NCBI GenBank assembly: GCA_965205425.1
Contig: CBDBGZ010000009.1
Location: 288,001 to 352,000 of the forward strand
Direction of reading: 5' to 3'
Source of the DNA: Nitrosopumilus sp.
Lineage (GTDB): Archaea; Thermoproteota; Nitrososphaeria; Nitrososphaerales; Nitrosopumilaceae
Length of the DNA stretch: 64,000 nucleotides
Under the pieces are notes generated by a model. That model was given only the letters and a program-made list of their open reading frames with translations. It made no database searches and was not told the origin of the DNA. Shown here in pieces: positions 17,974 through 28,511 of the stretch. Both the position numbers and the translations under genes were made by a program. Each line of letters starts with the position of its first letter. Position 1 is the stretch's first letter.

Positions 17974-18639
17974 GTGGACTTTGAAGATTTTGTTCAAGAT
18001 TTGTCATCCTTAGAGGTAATTAGTAAAGATAATCAAAAGATTGCTGTAAAGCTAAAAGGCATACCATTACAATATGCAAATGCACTTAGACGTGTTTGTC
18101 TAAATGGTGTTCCAGTGTTTGCTATCGATACAGTAGACATTATTGAAAATTCTTCAGTATTACCAGATGAGGGTCTAGCCCACAGATTAGGACTTATTCC
18201 AATAACAACTGATTTGGCTAGATTTAATGAACCATCAAAATGTGAATGTCAAAGTGAAACAGGATGTTCTAATTGTAAAGTAATGTTAGTTTTAGATTCA
18301 GGAGATTCAGACGTCACAAGAACAGTTCTTTCAAATGAATTATCATCTGAAGATGATTCAATTAAACCAGTTTCAGATAAAATTCCTATTGTACAATTAG
18401 CACCAGGACAAAGAATCAAAATTGAGTGTTATGCAAGACTTGGCCGCGGTACAGAGCATGCTAAATGGAATTCTTCCAATATTGCAATGCTTACGGATAC
18501 AGATCAAGAAGATGTCAAAGTTTTAACAATAGAATCCACGGGTGCACTTAATCCTGAACAAATTATCATTTCAGGAGTAGACGAAGTCAGCAATAGAATT
18601 GGTCAATTTAAAGAGATGATTGACCAAGTTGAAGTGTAA
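17974..18639 (+). CDS. rpoD: DNA-directed RNA polymerase subunit D (Rpo3); true start may be TTG at 18001
   Basis: ANALRR, LAHRLGLIP, HAKW. Confidence 0.95.
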   Translation: MDFEDFVQDLSSLEVISKDNQKIAVKLKGIPLQYANALRRVCLNGVPVFAIDTVDIIENSSVLPDEGLAHRLGLIPITTDLARFNEPSKCECQSETGCSNCKVMLVLDSGDSDVTRTVLSNELSSEDDSIKPVSDKIPIVQLAPGQRIKIECYARLGRGTEHAKWNSSNIAMLTDTDQEDVKVLTIESTGALNPEQIIISGVDEVSNRIGQFKEMIDQVEV

Positions 18640-18684
18640 TCTAAGCATAGACATTATATTTGGGTTTCAAACCGCATTATTCAC

Positions 18685-19032
18685 ATGACTAATCAAGTCG
18701 TTATACACATGGCCAAAGATCTAAAGAAGGCATCTACCAAAAATGATGCTCCTATTTGGGCAAAATTAGCAGAATATGCATTAAAACCATCTGTAGCAAG
18801 AAGAGATCTTAATTTGAATAGAATTGATCAACTAACAAAAGATAACGATACAGTAGTCTTCCCAGGAAAAGTTCTAGGAACTGGCAACATTTCTCACAAA
18901 ATTACATTATTCTCATTTTCAATTTCAGAATCTGCAGCAAACAAAATCATTGAAAAAGGTGGAAAAATCATCACCCATGCAGATTTGATTGAACAAAACC
19001 CAACTGGAAAAGGAGTCGTTCTACTTGGCTAA
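18685..19032 (+). CDS. rpl18e: 50S ribosomal protein L18e
   Basis: VVFPGKVLGTG; operon order. Confidence 0.95.
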   Translation: MTNQVVIHMAKDLKKASTKNDAPIWAKLAEYALKPSVARRDLNLNRIDQLTKDNDTVVFPGKVLGTGNISHKITLFSFSISESAANKIIEKGGKIITHADLIEQNPTGKGVVLLG

Positions 19033-19519
19033 TGGAAGAATCAACAAACCAAAGGGAACAAAACAAGAAACAGTTGTAAGAACTGACAGACCAATTGTAG
19101 TTGATGCAACTAATCATATTGCAGGCAGATTAGCATCCAGTGTAGCAAAATTATTGATGCAAGGAAACAGAGTATCAGTAGTTAATTGTGAAAAAATTAT
19201 GATGAGTGGTACAAGAAGTAACCAAATTCAAGAGTATAGAGAATTTTTAGAAATTAACAGTATTATCAATTACAAACACGGACCAAAACACTATAGAAGA
19301 CCAGATACAGTAATGGCAAAAATGATTCGTCAAATGCTTCCATTTGATAGAAAACCATCAGGAAAAGAATCATTTCAAAGACTAAGAACATACATTGGTT
19401 CACCTAAAGAAATAAAATCACTTGAAAAAATTCAATTTGAGAAAGCAATGATTAGGAAAACCCCATCAAATTATACAGAACTAGGTGCATTATGTAGAGT
19501 AATAGGGTGGACTGAATGA
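18989..19519 (+). CDS. rpl13: 50S ribosomal protein L13 (start probably near 19025)
   Basis: IAGRLAS, IRQMLP. Confidence 0.95.
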   Translation: MNKTQLEKESFYLANGRINKPKGTKQETVVRTDRPIVVDATNHIAGRLASSVAKLLMQGNRVSVVNCEKIMMSGTRSNQIQEYREFLEINSIINYKHGPKHYRRPDTVMAKMIRQMLPFDRKPSGKESFQRLRTYIGSPKEIKSLEKIQFEKAMIRKTPSNYTELGALCRVIGWTE

Positions 19520-19965
19520 CAACTCCAAAAACTGAAATCTATTTTGCAACAAGAAAGACAGCTAGTGCTCACGTTTACATCACTAAAGGTAAAGGAAAAA
19601 TTAGAATTAATAATGTTCCAGTAGAAATGATTCCACAAGAAACTGCCCGTGAAGTTATTCTAGCACCATTAGAAATTACGGGGGATTTAAGAGACAAAAT
19701 CGATATTTCTGTAAGAGTAAGAGGTGGAGGCTTTATGGGTCAAGCTAGTGCAATAGCAACTGGAATTTCCAGAGCACTTACTGGATGGACTAAGTCTAAA
19801 AAAGAACCAAAAGATCATCCTTTCCCAAAATCTACTAGAGAAGATCTCAGAAAACGAATCACTGATTTTGATAAATACCTAGTCAGTGGAGATGCCAGAA
19901 GAAAAGAACCAAAGAAGTTTGGCGGACCTGGTGCAAGAAGAAGAAAACAGAAATCATACCGTTAG
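19516..19965 (+). CDS. rps9: 30S ribosomal protein S9
   Basis: GGGFMGQA, EPKKFGGPGARRRKQKSYR. Confidence 0.97.
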   Translation: MTTPKTEIYFATRKTASAHVYITKGKGKIRINNVPVEMIPQETAREVILAPLEITGDLRDKIDISVRVRGGGFMGQASAIATGISRALTGWTKSKKEPKDHPFPKSTREDLRKRITDFDKYLVSGDARRKEPKKFGGPGARRRKQKSYR

Positions 19966-19968
19966 GCT

Positions 19969-20688
19969 GTGAAGGCTGTAATTCTTGCGGGCGGCAAGGG
20001 AACAAGAGGCAAACCATATACTGAATATTTTCCAAAAGCAATGACTCCAATCAAAGGAAAGCCATTGATTGATTATGTTGTAAAATATCTAAAATCATCA
20101 AAGATTATAGATGAGGTTATCATTGTATCAGATTTTGAAGGATTAGGAGGACAAATCAAAAATTATTTTGGAAATCAAAAAAACATTACTTTTGTTCAAG
20201 ATTCACAAAGTGGAACTGGTGGGGATTTATTACACATTGCAAACAAACTCAAAAACGAATCAGAATTTGTGTTATGGTTTGTAGATAATTTGTGCGCAAT
20301 AGATCTTAAAAAAATGAGAGACTTGTTTAGAGAGAAAAACAGTTCAGCATGTATAGCAACTAGAACCAAAAGGAAAGAAGAAACAGGATTTGCAACAGTA
20401 GAAGATGGAATCATTAAAGAATTCAAAGAAAAACCAGTAATGAAATTACAATTATCAGAATGTCTAGGGATTTACATGCTAGGTAAAGACATCATCAAAC
20501 GAATTAAAGCAAAACAAAAACAAAAAGAAATCAACCTGTCATATGATATTTTACAACAACTATCAAAAGAAGGAAAAATTAGTGCATTTGACATTGGAGA
20601 TAATGAATGGATGGATGCAGAATCACCAATGGTTTTAGAAAGAAATGAAAAATCAGTGAAGAAGATTATAAAACAGATGGGATTTTAG
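19969..20688 (+). CDS. Nucleotidyltransferase (sugar-phosphate NTP transferase family)
   Basis: ILAGGKGTR...PKAM. Confidence 0.88.
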   Translation: MKAVILAGGKGTRGKPYTEYFPKAMTPIKGKPLIDYVVKYLKSSKIIDEVIIVSDFEGLGGQIKNYFGNQKNITFVQDSQSGTGGDLLHIANKLKNESEFVLWFVDNLCAIDLKKMRDLFREKNSSACIATRTKRKEETGFATVEDGIIKEFKEKPVMKLQLSECLGIYMLGKDIIKRIKAKQKQKEINLSYDILQQLSKEGKISAFDIGDNEWMDAESPMVLERNEKSVKKIIKQMGF

Positions 20689-21250
20689 ATTCTTTTTCAA
20701 AATCTGAAATTTTATCCTCGTATTGAAAAGTAATTGCAATATCATCTAATCCCTCTAAAAGGATTTTTTTCTGGTATGAGTCAATCTCAAAGGATATTTG
20801 TTCTGAAGGGGTTGCGATAGATTGATTTTCTAAATCCACTTCAACCTGGCCAGTTTCTTCTAACAATTTTTCTACAATTTTTTGGTCTAAGGTAATTGGT
20901 AAAATTCCATTTTTGAAACAATTACTAAAGAAAATATCTGCAAATGAAGGAGCGATAATTACACTAAAACCATAATCAAGTAGGGCCCAAACTGCGTGTT
21001 CACGACTAGAACCACAACCAAAATTATCTCCAGCCACAAGAATCTGTGAATTTTCATATTTTTTATCGTTTAATACAAAATCTGATTTTTCATTCTCCTG
21101 TTCATCATATCTCCAGTTAAAGAATAGAAATTTTCCAAATCCTGATTTTTGAACTAATTTTAAGAATTGTTTTGGAACGATTTGATCAGTATCTACATTT
21201 ACCTTATCAAGAGGAGTTACAATACTAGTTACTTTTTTGAAGGAATCCAA
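20666..21250 (-). CDS. leuD: 3-isopropylmalate dehydratase small subunit (bacterial type)
   Basis: [24 protein letters not shown]. Confidence 0.93.
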   Translation of the reverse strand: MDSFKKVTSIVTPLDKVNVDTDQIVPKQFLKLVQKSGFGKFLFFNWRYDEQENEKSDFVLNDKKYENSQILVAGDNFGCGSSREHAVWALLDYGFSVIIAPSFADIFFSNCFKNGILPITLDQKIVEKLLEETGQVEVDLENQSIATPSEQISFEIDSYQKKILLEGLDDIAITFQYEDKISDFEKESKIPSVL

Positions 21251-21251
21251 A

Positions 21252-22667
21252 TTAATTCAAATCCATCTTTCTTACATCAACAAAATGTCCATGAATTGCA
21301 GCTGCTGCTGCCATCACAGGACTAACTAAATGAGTACGTCCTCCTGTACCTTGTCTACCTTCAAAGTTTCTATTGGATGTACTTGCACATCGTTCTCCAG
21401 GAGATAAAATGTCAGGATTCATTCCAAGACACATACTACATCCAGCTTCTCTCCATTCAAAATTAGCACTAATGAAAATTTTATCTAATCCCATTTCTTC
21501 AGCTTGTTTTTTTACCATTTGAGAGCCAGGAACTACCATTGCGTTAACATTTGGAGAAATTTTTTGTCCTTTGATAACTTTTGATGCTTCAATAAGATCT
21601 TCTAATCGGGCATTAGTACATGAACCAATAAACACTCTATCTATTTTGATATCTTCAATTGCAGTTCCAGATTCTAAAGCCATATAATCAAGTGCTTTTT
21701 CTGCACCCTTCTTTTGATTGGCATCACCTTTAGAGAATTCATCAGGAGTAGGGATTGATTCAGTAACATCACAAGTCATTCCAGGGTTTGTTCCCCAACT
21801 AACTTGAGGAGCAATATCATCAATGTGCAAAGTAAATTGTTTTTCAAACTTTGCATCGCCATCAGTTTTAAGATCAGTTTTCCAAGAATCAACTAAAGAT
21901 TCATAGTTCTTTGGAGTGTATTCTCTACCTCTTAGATAATCAAATGTTTTTTCATCAGGGGCAATCAAGCCAGCACGAGCTCCTGCCTCAATTGACATAT
22001 TGCAAATAGTCATCCTTTGTTCCATTGAAAGATCAGTGATTCCTTCACCACGATATTCAATTACCGTGCCTGTACCTCCCCCAGTACCTATGTTTTTGAT
22101 AATAGATAGAACAATATCTTTGGCAGTTACTGCATGAGGGTTATTTCGTTTGCCTTCAACCTTAATTTCAAACGGTTTTGGTTTTTCTAACCACATGGTT
22201 TGAGATGCTAAAACATGTTCAACATCACTGGTTCCAATTCCTAAAGCAAGTGCTCCAAAAGCACCATGGGTAGATGTGTGACTATCACCGCAAACAATTG
22301 TTGTACCAGGTAAAGTAATTCCTAATTGAGGACCAATGACATGGACGATTCCTTGATTAGGACTGTTAACATCAAATAATTTTATACCAAAATCCTTACA
22401 GTTTTTTTCCAAAGTTTGAATTTGAACAGAAGATGTCTGGTCTAAAATAGGAAGAGAACGGTCAGTTGTTGGAACATTATGATCCATTGTAGCAATAGTA
22501 AGATCAGGTCGTCTAACTTTCCTATTACTCATACGCAATCCTTCAAAAGCTTGTGGAGAAGTTACTTCATGGACAAGATGTCTGTCAATGTAGATTAGTG
22601 ATGGGTTATTTTGTTTTTCAACAACAATGTGAGATTCCCAGATTTTTTCAAAAAGAGTTTTTCCCAT
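21252..22667 (-). CDS. leuC: 3-isopropylmalate dehydratase large subunit (bacterial type)
   Basis: [33 protein letters not shown]; start taken at MGKTLFEK. Confidence 0.95.
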   Translation of the reverse strand: MGKTLFEKIWESHIVVEKQNNPSLIYIDRHLVHEVTSPQAFEGLRMSNRKVRRPDLTIATMDHNVPTTDRSLPILDQTSSVQIQTLEKNCKDFGIKLFDVNSPNQGIVHVIGPQLGITLPGTTIVCGDSHTSTHGAFGALALGIGTSDVEHVLASQTMWLEKPKPFEIKVEGKRNNPHAVTAKDIVLSIIKNIGTGGGTGTVIEYRGEGITDLSMEQRMTICNMSIEAGARAGLIAPDEKTFDYLRGREYTPKNYESLVDSWKTDLKTDGDAKFEKQFTLHIDDIAPQVSWGTNPGMTCDVTESIPTPDEFSKGDANQKKGAEKALDYMALESGTAIEDIKIDRVFIGSCTNARLEDLIEASKVIKGQKISPNVNAMVVPGSQMVKKQAEEMGLDKIFISANFEWREAGCSMCLGMNPDILSPGERCASTSNRNFEGRQGTGGRTHLVSPVMAAAAAIHGHFVDVRKMDLN

Positions 22668-22668
22668 T

Positions 22669-23160
22669 TTAATCCTGGTCGGGTTTATACTTGAAAAGCC
22701 CACCTGCAGCAATTATTTTTCCAATAATTTCTGAAAAAGGTTTCATTTTGTAGGTTTGATTTTTGGTAATATTTTTAATTTCATTTGAAGATACATCAAT
22801 TGTAATTTCATCACCTTCTGAAATTCCATCATATGCATCCTGTTCAATTTCAATAGGTAACAAAAATGCACCATCAACAGAATTTCTGTAAAAGATTCTC
22901 GCAAAAGATAATGCGAGTACTGCCTTTACTCCAGAATGAGATAATGCAATTGGAGCATGTTCACGAGATGAGCCACATCCAAAATTCTTACCAGATAAAA
23001 TAAAATCTCCTTCTTTTACTTTAGAATGAAAATCAGGGTCTAATCCCTCCATTGCATGAGTTGCAAGTTCTGCATAATCATGGATTTTTAGATATGGGCC
23101 TGGAATAATGACATCAGTGTCAATATTGTCTCGGGCATATTTTATGACGTTACCTTTCAT
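22669..23160 (-). CDS. Archaeal-type isopropylmalate/homoaconitate dehydratase small subunit
   Basis: [22 protein letters not shown]. Confidence 0.88.
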   Translation of the reverse strand: MKGNVIKYARDNIDTDVIIPGPYLKIHDYAELATHAMEGLDPDFHSKVKEGDFILSGKNFGCGSSREHAPIALSHSGVKAVLALSFARIFYRNSVDGAFLLPIEIEQDAYDGISEGDEITIDVSSNEIKNITKNQTYKMKPFSEIIGKIIAAGGLFKYKPDQD

Positions 23161-24434
23161 TACAAGTCCCTCGGATCAGTGATTTTTCCAGTTACTGCAG
23201 AAGCTGCTGCCACTAGTGGAGATGAAAGATATGTTTGAGACTCTACATGGCCCATTCTACCAGGGAAATTTCTATTTGTAGTACTGATACAAATTTCATC
23301 TTTTGCCAAAACACCCATGTGTGCTCCACAGCAGGCTCCACATGTTGGAGGTCCAACTGTCACACCAGCATCTAAGAAAATCTTCAACAATCCATCTTCC
23401 ATGGCTCGTTGATAAATTGAAATTGCTGCAGGTAAAATTTCAGTTCTTATCTTTACCTTTCTTCCTTTGAGAACACTTGCTGCAGCTACCAAATCTTCGT
23501 ATTTTGCACCAGTACAAGAACCAATGTATGATTTATCCAATTCTACAGAAGGAGCTTCTCGTACTACCGTTGTATTTTCAGGAGAAAATGGTTTTGCAAC
23601 AATTGGTTCCATCTCTGAACTTTCAAATTCAAATGTCTTTGCATATTCAGCATCATCATCACCTTTTATCAAATTCATGTTAGTTGCCCCTCTTTGAGTA
23701 AGATAATCAACTACTTTTTGATCAGGTTCTACAATACCATTCTTTGCACCAGCTTCTGTAGTCATATTACATAAGGTCAATCTGCTTTCTACAGACATTT
23801 CATCAACTCCAGTACCACCAAACTGCATAGTTTGATATGCACCACCATCAGTTCCGATTTCACCAATAATTTTTAGAATCAAATCTTTGGCCATCACATG
23901 TTCTGGCAATTTACCATTTAGTTTAAAGTAGAAAGTTTCTGGAACTTTGAACCAAATTTTACCATTCAATAAAACATAAGCAATGTCAGTATGTCCCAAA
24001 CCACAAGCAAAAGCACCCAAGGCACCAGTTGTATTTGTATGAGAATCTCCACCAACATACACCTCACCGGGTAACACCATAGCTTCTTCATGAGATATTG
24101 TATGACAAATTCCATATTGTCCCATTCCATATTTGAAATGTTTTTCAATTCCATAATTCTTGGCAAAGTTTGTTAATTTTACAATATTTTCAGCAGATAC
24201 TTTTTCTGCAGAAGGAACAAAGTGGTCTTCGGCAACCCAAACTTTAGTAGGATCCCATAATTTATCAACAGAAATTCCTTGTTTCTTTAATTTGTCAAAT
24301 ACCTTAATCACACCTGGCCCAGACACATCATGCATCATGACCTTATCCACATTAGCAAAAACTACATCATCTGGGGCAACAGAAGATTTTCCAGCACCAC
24401 GAGCAAGAATCTTCTCAGTAATATTCATAATCAA
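23160..24434 (-). CDS. Archaeal-type isopropylmalate/homoaconitate dehydratase large subunit
   Basis: DSHT, GSCT, CGACCG, NRNFPGRMG. Confidence 0.88.
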   Translation of the reverse strand: MIMNITEKILARGAGKSSVAPDDVVFANVDKVMMHDVSGPGVIKVFDKLKKQGISVDKLWDPTKVWVAEDHFVPSAEKVSAENIVKLTNFAKNYGIEKHFKYGMGQYGICHTISHEEAMVLPGEVYVGGDSHTNTTGALGAFACGLGHTDIAYVLLNGKIWFKVPETFYFKLNGKLPEHVMAKDLILKIIGEIGTDGGAYQTMQFGGTGVDEMSVESRLTLCNMTTEAGAKNGIVEPDQKVVDYLTQRGATNMNLIKGDDDAEYAKTFEFESSEMEPIVAKPFSPENTTVVREAPSVELDKSYIGSCTGAKYEDLVAAASVLKGRKVKIRTEILPAAISIYQRAMEDGLLKIFLDAGVTVGPPTCGACCGAHMGVLAKDEICISTTNRNFPGRMGHVESQTYLSSPLVAAASAVTGKITDPRDL

Positions 24435-24496
24435 AAACCCAGTTCTACAAATTAAAAGCTTTTCAGATTTTTAATTTTTCTGAAATTAATCCTTCT

Positions 24497-24682
24497 TTAG
24501 CGATAACAAGCAAGCAACTCCTTAACGGTATAATTTCTCAATGATTCAGGCACAGATTCTATGTCAAAAGATTTCACTGCCCCAATTTTTTTGCGAATTA
24601 GCATTTTGACTAAAGCTGGTGCATTTTCATGATATTTTGAATTGATATGTTCTAAAATTTCATCAGTTTTTTCTTGATTCAT
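24497..24682 (-). CDS. Small hypothetical protein, possibly frameshifted near the 3' end
   Basis: MNQEKTDEIL...; a CAAG tandem at 24507-24517 precedes the stop. Confidence 0.55.
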   Translation of the reverse strand: MNQEKTDEILEHINSKYHENAPALVKMLIRKKIGAVKSFDIESVPESLRNYTVKELLACYR

Positions 24683-24716
24683 AACAATAAAAAAGAAAAC
24701 GAATGTTAAGTATATT

Positions 24717-25493
24717 GTGCAATTAACAGTTTTACCACTTTTAGCAGAAAGAATGGAGGAAAAGTTCGATGTTTTTGAAACACTGTTGAAAACATTAGAT
24801 GAAAACAAAACAAAATTAGAAGATGGGGATGTACTAGTAATTTCTACCAAATATGTCTCAAATTCTCAAGGAAGAATTGTGGATTTAGAAAAAATTAACG
24901 CATCAGAAGAAGGAATGAAAATCTCAAAAGAGTATCAATTAAAATCAGGAATTGCTGAAATCATTCTTAGAGAATCAGATAAGATTTTTGGGGGAATTGG
25001 GGGATTTGTAATTACATCTTCAGATAATATCATGGCTCCAAATGCCGGAATCGATAAATCAAATGCCAAAAAAGGTAGAGCCATACTATATCCTACAAAT
25101 CCATATCTAACTGCAGAAGAAATTCGTAGAAAGATTTTCTTAAAATTTTTCATTCATGTCGGAATAATTCTCGTTGACAGTAGATTAATGCCGGCAAGGA
25201 TTGGAACATCTGGAGTAGCCATAGCTTGTGCAGGAATTGAACCAGTTTTAGATATGAGAGCAAAAAAAGATCTTGATGGAAATCCACTAAAAGTTACATT
25301 TCAAGCAGTAGTTGACAATCTTGCCACTATTGCAAACCACAAGATGGGGGAAGGAGGAGAATCAAAACCATTTGCAATAGTTAGAAATTCAGATGCAAAA
25401 TTAACTGACAGAATCATCAATCCAGCAGAAATGGCAATTTCCCCAGATCAATGTGTATATGTCAGAGGATTGTCCAATCCTCCAAAAACCTAG
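24717..25493 (+). CDS. cofE: Coenzyme F420-0:L-glutamate ligase
   Basis: DVLVISTK, NAGIDKSN, DLDGNPL, MGEGGE. Confidence 0.88.
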   Translation: MQLTVLPLLAERMEEKFDVFETLLKTLDENKTKLEDGDVLVISTKYVSNSQGRIVDLEKINASEEGMKISKEYQLKSGIAEIILRESDKIFGGIGGFVITSSDNIMAPNAGIDKSNAKKGRAILYPTNPYLTAEEIRRKIFLKFFIHVGIILVDSRLMPARIGTSGVAIACAGIEPVLDMRAKKDLDGNPLKVTFQAVVDNLATIANHKMGEGGESKPFAIVRNSDAKLTDRIINPAEMAISPDQCVYVRGLSNPPKT

Positions 25494-25526
25494 CGTGAAA
25501 ATCAATTCTGCTTTAAATAGAGGAAT

Positions 25527-26096
25527 TTGATGGGAAAATTAATGGAATACCTTACCACATATCCAAAAACGGTTTCATTTTTTGATGGAATAAAACACAA
25601 AATTGATGTGGATAGTAAAGACGGTGTTGAACAACTTCACATAGTAGTTAAGAAAAGTTTTGAAGAATTAACAAAAATTTTCACAGATGAAGGATTTACT
25701 AAAGTTAAACTTGAACATAAACAGCCAGATCAAATTGGTAGTGGATTAAATCTCAAATTAAAAAAGCCATGGGAAATGCATGTCAGAATGGTAGATTTGA
25801 AAAAAGGATTAATTGGAATTCATGCCGAAGTAGAAGTTTCAAGAGATTATTTACAACATTTGTTTTCTCAAAGAACACCAGTAGTGTATGAAGTTGAAGA
25901 AATTCTAAAAAAATATCAGGTAGATTACAATATTTGGCATGATAAAATTAAGAAAAATGTTCATGCCATTGTAGATAATTACAAAGTAAAGCTTGCAACT
26001 CCAAGTATTCCAGTATTTGCATGGAAACCAATGTTATTTGTAATTGGAACTATAGCAACATTTTATGGTTGGAAATATTTCAACACAATTTGGTAA
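25527..26096 (+). CDS. Hypothetical protein with C-terminal TM helix
   Basis: 189-aa ORF. Confidence 0.7.
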   Translation: MMGKLMEYLTTYPKTVSFFDGIKHKIDVDSKDGVEQLHIVVKKSFEELTKIFTDEGFTKVKLEHKQPDQIGSGLNLKLKKPWEMHVRMVDLKKGLIGIHAEVEVSRDYLQHLFSQRTPVVYEVEEILKKYQVDYNIWHDKIKKNVHAIVDNYKVKLATPSIPVFAWKPMLFVIGTIATFYGWKYFNTIW

Positions 26097-26098
26097 GA

Positions 26099-26428
26099 TT
26101 AAACACCTAAAGTTTCAGCCTTACTTAGTTCTAAAAAGACCTTATCTCCAACTGAAAGACCCATCTCTTTGTATTCATGCATTTCAAGTTTTAGTTGAGT
26201 AATTCCAGATTGCATACCTGCTCCACCCATTCCAGACATCATCTTGTTCAAATCTTTCATCATATCATTCATGTTTGAAAATCCCATTACTTTTGGAGTT
26301 CCAAAAGGAGGTTGTTGTTGAGGTTGATTTCCTTCTTTTAGATCCTTAAGGGACGATAATGAAATTACAACATATGGTGCCCCATCAGGTGCAGAATCTA
26401 TGCTTTTTACTACAAATTCTTTCTTCAT
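26099..26428 (-). CDS. Hypothetical protein (possibly arcadin-1-like beta-barrel)
   Basis: 109-aa ORF ending LEMHEYKEMGLSVGDKVFLEL. Confidence 0.7.
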   Translation of the reverse strand: MKKEFVVKSIDSAPDGAPYVVISLSSLKDLKEGNQPQQQPPFGTPKVMGFSNMNDMMKDLNKMMSGMGGAGMQSGITQLKLEMHEYKEMGLSVGDKVFLELSKAETLGV

Positions 26429-26532
26429 GTCTAGAGTTGTATCTTATTCCATATAATTTTAATTTTAAGGTGGATTTGTACTAGTTTTGCCAGTTTTGAA
26501 GCTTTAATTACAATTTTCTGGATTTTAAATCA

Positions 26533-27066
26533 TTGTCAGAGAATGTAAAAACAACATTACGATATTACGGGATTTCTCCATGGGAGATTGAGGTTCTTTA
26601 CGGATTTTTAAATTCTCATTTCACTATCATACAAGATGAAATTGAACCCGATGATGAGAATTATGTTAGTTTCTTAGACATTGATATCCCATTACAATTT
26701 AATGAAGCATTTTTCCAATGGTTTGATTTCAAACGATGGGGAAAAATCAAAGCAGTATTCAAGGAAATGAAACGAAGAAGAGGCAGCGGAAATGCTTTAA
26801 AAATTGTAATGAATTTTTCAGGGAACCCAAAAATTATCTTTACTATTGATATTGAAGATAGACAATGGTTTGATAATGCATTAGAAAAAATTGATTTTGT
26901 TTTAGAATTATTACCATATCATCTAGATCCCGAAAAAATTCCAGCCGGAATTTCACAGATCATATACAAATTTGATCCTGAATCAATTAGATGGCGTCTA
27001 GATTCAGCTTCATCTGAAAATAAAAAGTACACATTCAGAGGAGATTCATGGAATGAGATTATTTAA
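26533..27066 (+). CDS. Hypothetical protein
   Basis: 177-aa ORF. Confidence 0.7.
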   Translation: MSENVKTTLRYYGISPWEIEVLYGFLNSHFTIIQDEIEPDDENYVSFLDIDIPLQFNEAFFQWFDFKRWGKIKAVFKEMKRRRGSGNALKIVMNFSGNPKIIFTIDIEDRQWFDNALEKIDFVLELLPYHLDPEKIPAGISQIIYKFDPESIRWRLDSASSENKKYTFRGDSWNEII

Positions 27067-27499
27067 GATCTTTTTGTAAAGGTTCCAATAATTCATGAAG
27101 TTCTTTGTATTTTGATTCTAGGAATTCTAATGCATCAATTAATTTTTTAGATTTTCCATATTTGTAACGAATTAGTTCACGATGATGCCAGAATGTTTTT
27201 CCTTCATCAACTGATAAAGTTGTAAAATAATCAGTACCTTTCAAAGAATCAGGAAGTTTAACATCGTGAGGAAATAGCAACTCTACAATAAACCACTCAT
27301 CACCATCCGGATAATCAGAACCAGTCTCTACATCAAAAAATACATGCAACAAATCAGACTGCATTAGACCATCATCACTAATTGAAGGATGTTTCACGGG
27401 GGATTTTTTAAAATCTAGATTTACTAGTTGGGGTTCAAAGAACCCTTTGATTATAGATTTTCTAAATATTTTATTTGCCTCATTAATATTCAAATGCAA
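27059..27499 (-). CDS. Hypothetical protein
   Basis: 146-aa ORF. Confidence 0.7.
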   Translation of the reverse strand: MHLNINEANKIFRKSIIKGFFEPQLVNLDFKKSPVKHPSISDDGLMQSDLLHVFFDVETGSDYPDGDEWFIVELLFPHDVKLPDSLKGTDYFTTLSVDEGKTFWHHRELIRYKYGKSKKLIDALEFLESKYKELHELLEPLQKDLK

Positions 27500-27548
27500 A
27501 ATAATATTCTAAAACTTGCCTATAACTTCTTAGGTTCAGGACAGTATA

Positions 27549-28511
27549 CTATACTTCTAAAGAATCTAAAATTTTTGAAATGTCAGTATTAGAATGACCA
27601 TTTTTAGAAATATTTTGTTTTGCGGGAGAATTTTCCAAATAGTTTGGAATCTTATCTTTAATCCTTTGAGTATAAGGAGAAATTAAATCATTTTTGTAAA
27701 ATACACCAATTGGGATTTTGTTACCCCATTCAAGGGATTTAATCAAAGCTTGAGATAATTTTTCATTTACTTCAACTTCAGAATCATAGTGAACAGTTGG
27801 TTCATATCCAGTTTCTTCTAGTTTGTAAATTCTAGAATGTCTTTTTTGTGCTTCATCAACTAAATCAGTTCCAGCATACCAATCTCTTGTATTAAGATCA
27901 TTGTAAGTTGGACAAGGTTGCAAAACATCAAGAAATGAAAGACCTTTGTGGTTTACTGCTTGAATGATCAAATCCTTGAGATGTCTTACATCATATGAAT
28001 ATCCTCGAGCTACAAATGTAAAACCAGATGCTACTGCAAGACCAATCGGATTGACGTTTGAATTAGTATTTGGCGAAGGTAATGATTTTGTTTTTTCTCC
28101 CAATTTTAGAGTTGGAGATGCTTGACCTTTTGTTAATCCATAAACTCCATTGTCAAAAATAACGTAAGTCATATCCACATTTCTTCTTCCTGCAGCGACA
28201 AAATGACCAGCACCAATTCCTAAACCATCACCATCGCCTCCTACTGCAACGACAGATAACTCAGGATTTGCAATTTTTGCTCCTTGTGCAAATGTCAAAA
28301 CCCTTCCATGTAATGTATGAACACCGTAGGTATTGATGTAATGAGAAGTTTTACCAGAACATCCAATTCCAGAGAACATTGCAGCCTTATCCCTCTCTAT
28401 TCCCATTTCAGCTAGTGCCATTTGGATTGCATTTACAATTCCAAAATCCCCACACCCAGGACACCAATCATTATGCACGTCGGTTTTGTAATCAGCTAGT
28501 TTAAGCGCCAT
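27549..28511 (-). CDS. 2-oxoacid:ferredoxin oxidoreductase beta subunit
   Basis: WCPGCG, SGIGCS, GDGD...N TPP motif, [11 protein letters not shown]. Confidence 0.95.
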   Translation of the reverse strand: MALKLADYKTDVHNDWCPGCGDFGIVNAIQMALAEMGIERDKAAMFSGIGCSGKTSHYINTYGVHTLHGRVLTFAQGAKIANPELSVVAVGGDGDGLGIGAGHFVAAGRRNVDMTYVIFDNGVYGLTKGQASPTLKLGEKTKSLPSPNTNSNVNPIGLAVASGFTFVARGYSYDVRHLKDLIIQAVNHKGLSFLDVLQPCPTYNDLNTRDWYAGTDLVDEAQKRHSRIYKLEETGYEPTVHYDSEVEVNEKLSQALIKSLEWGNKIPIGVFYKNDLISPYTQRIKDKIPNYLENSPAKQNISKNGHSNTDISKILDSLEV

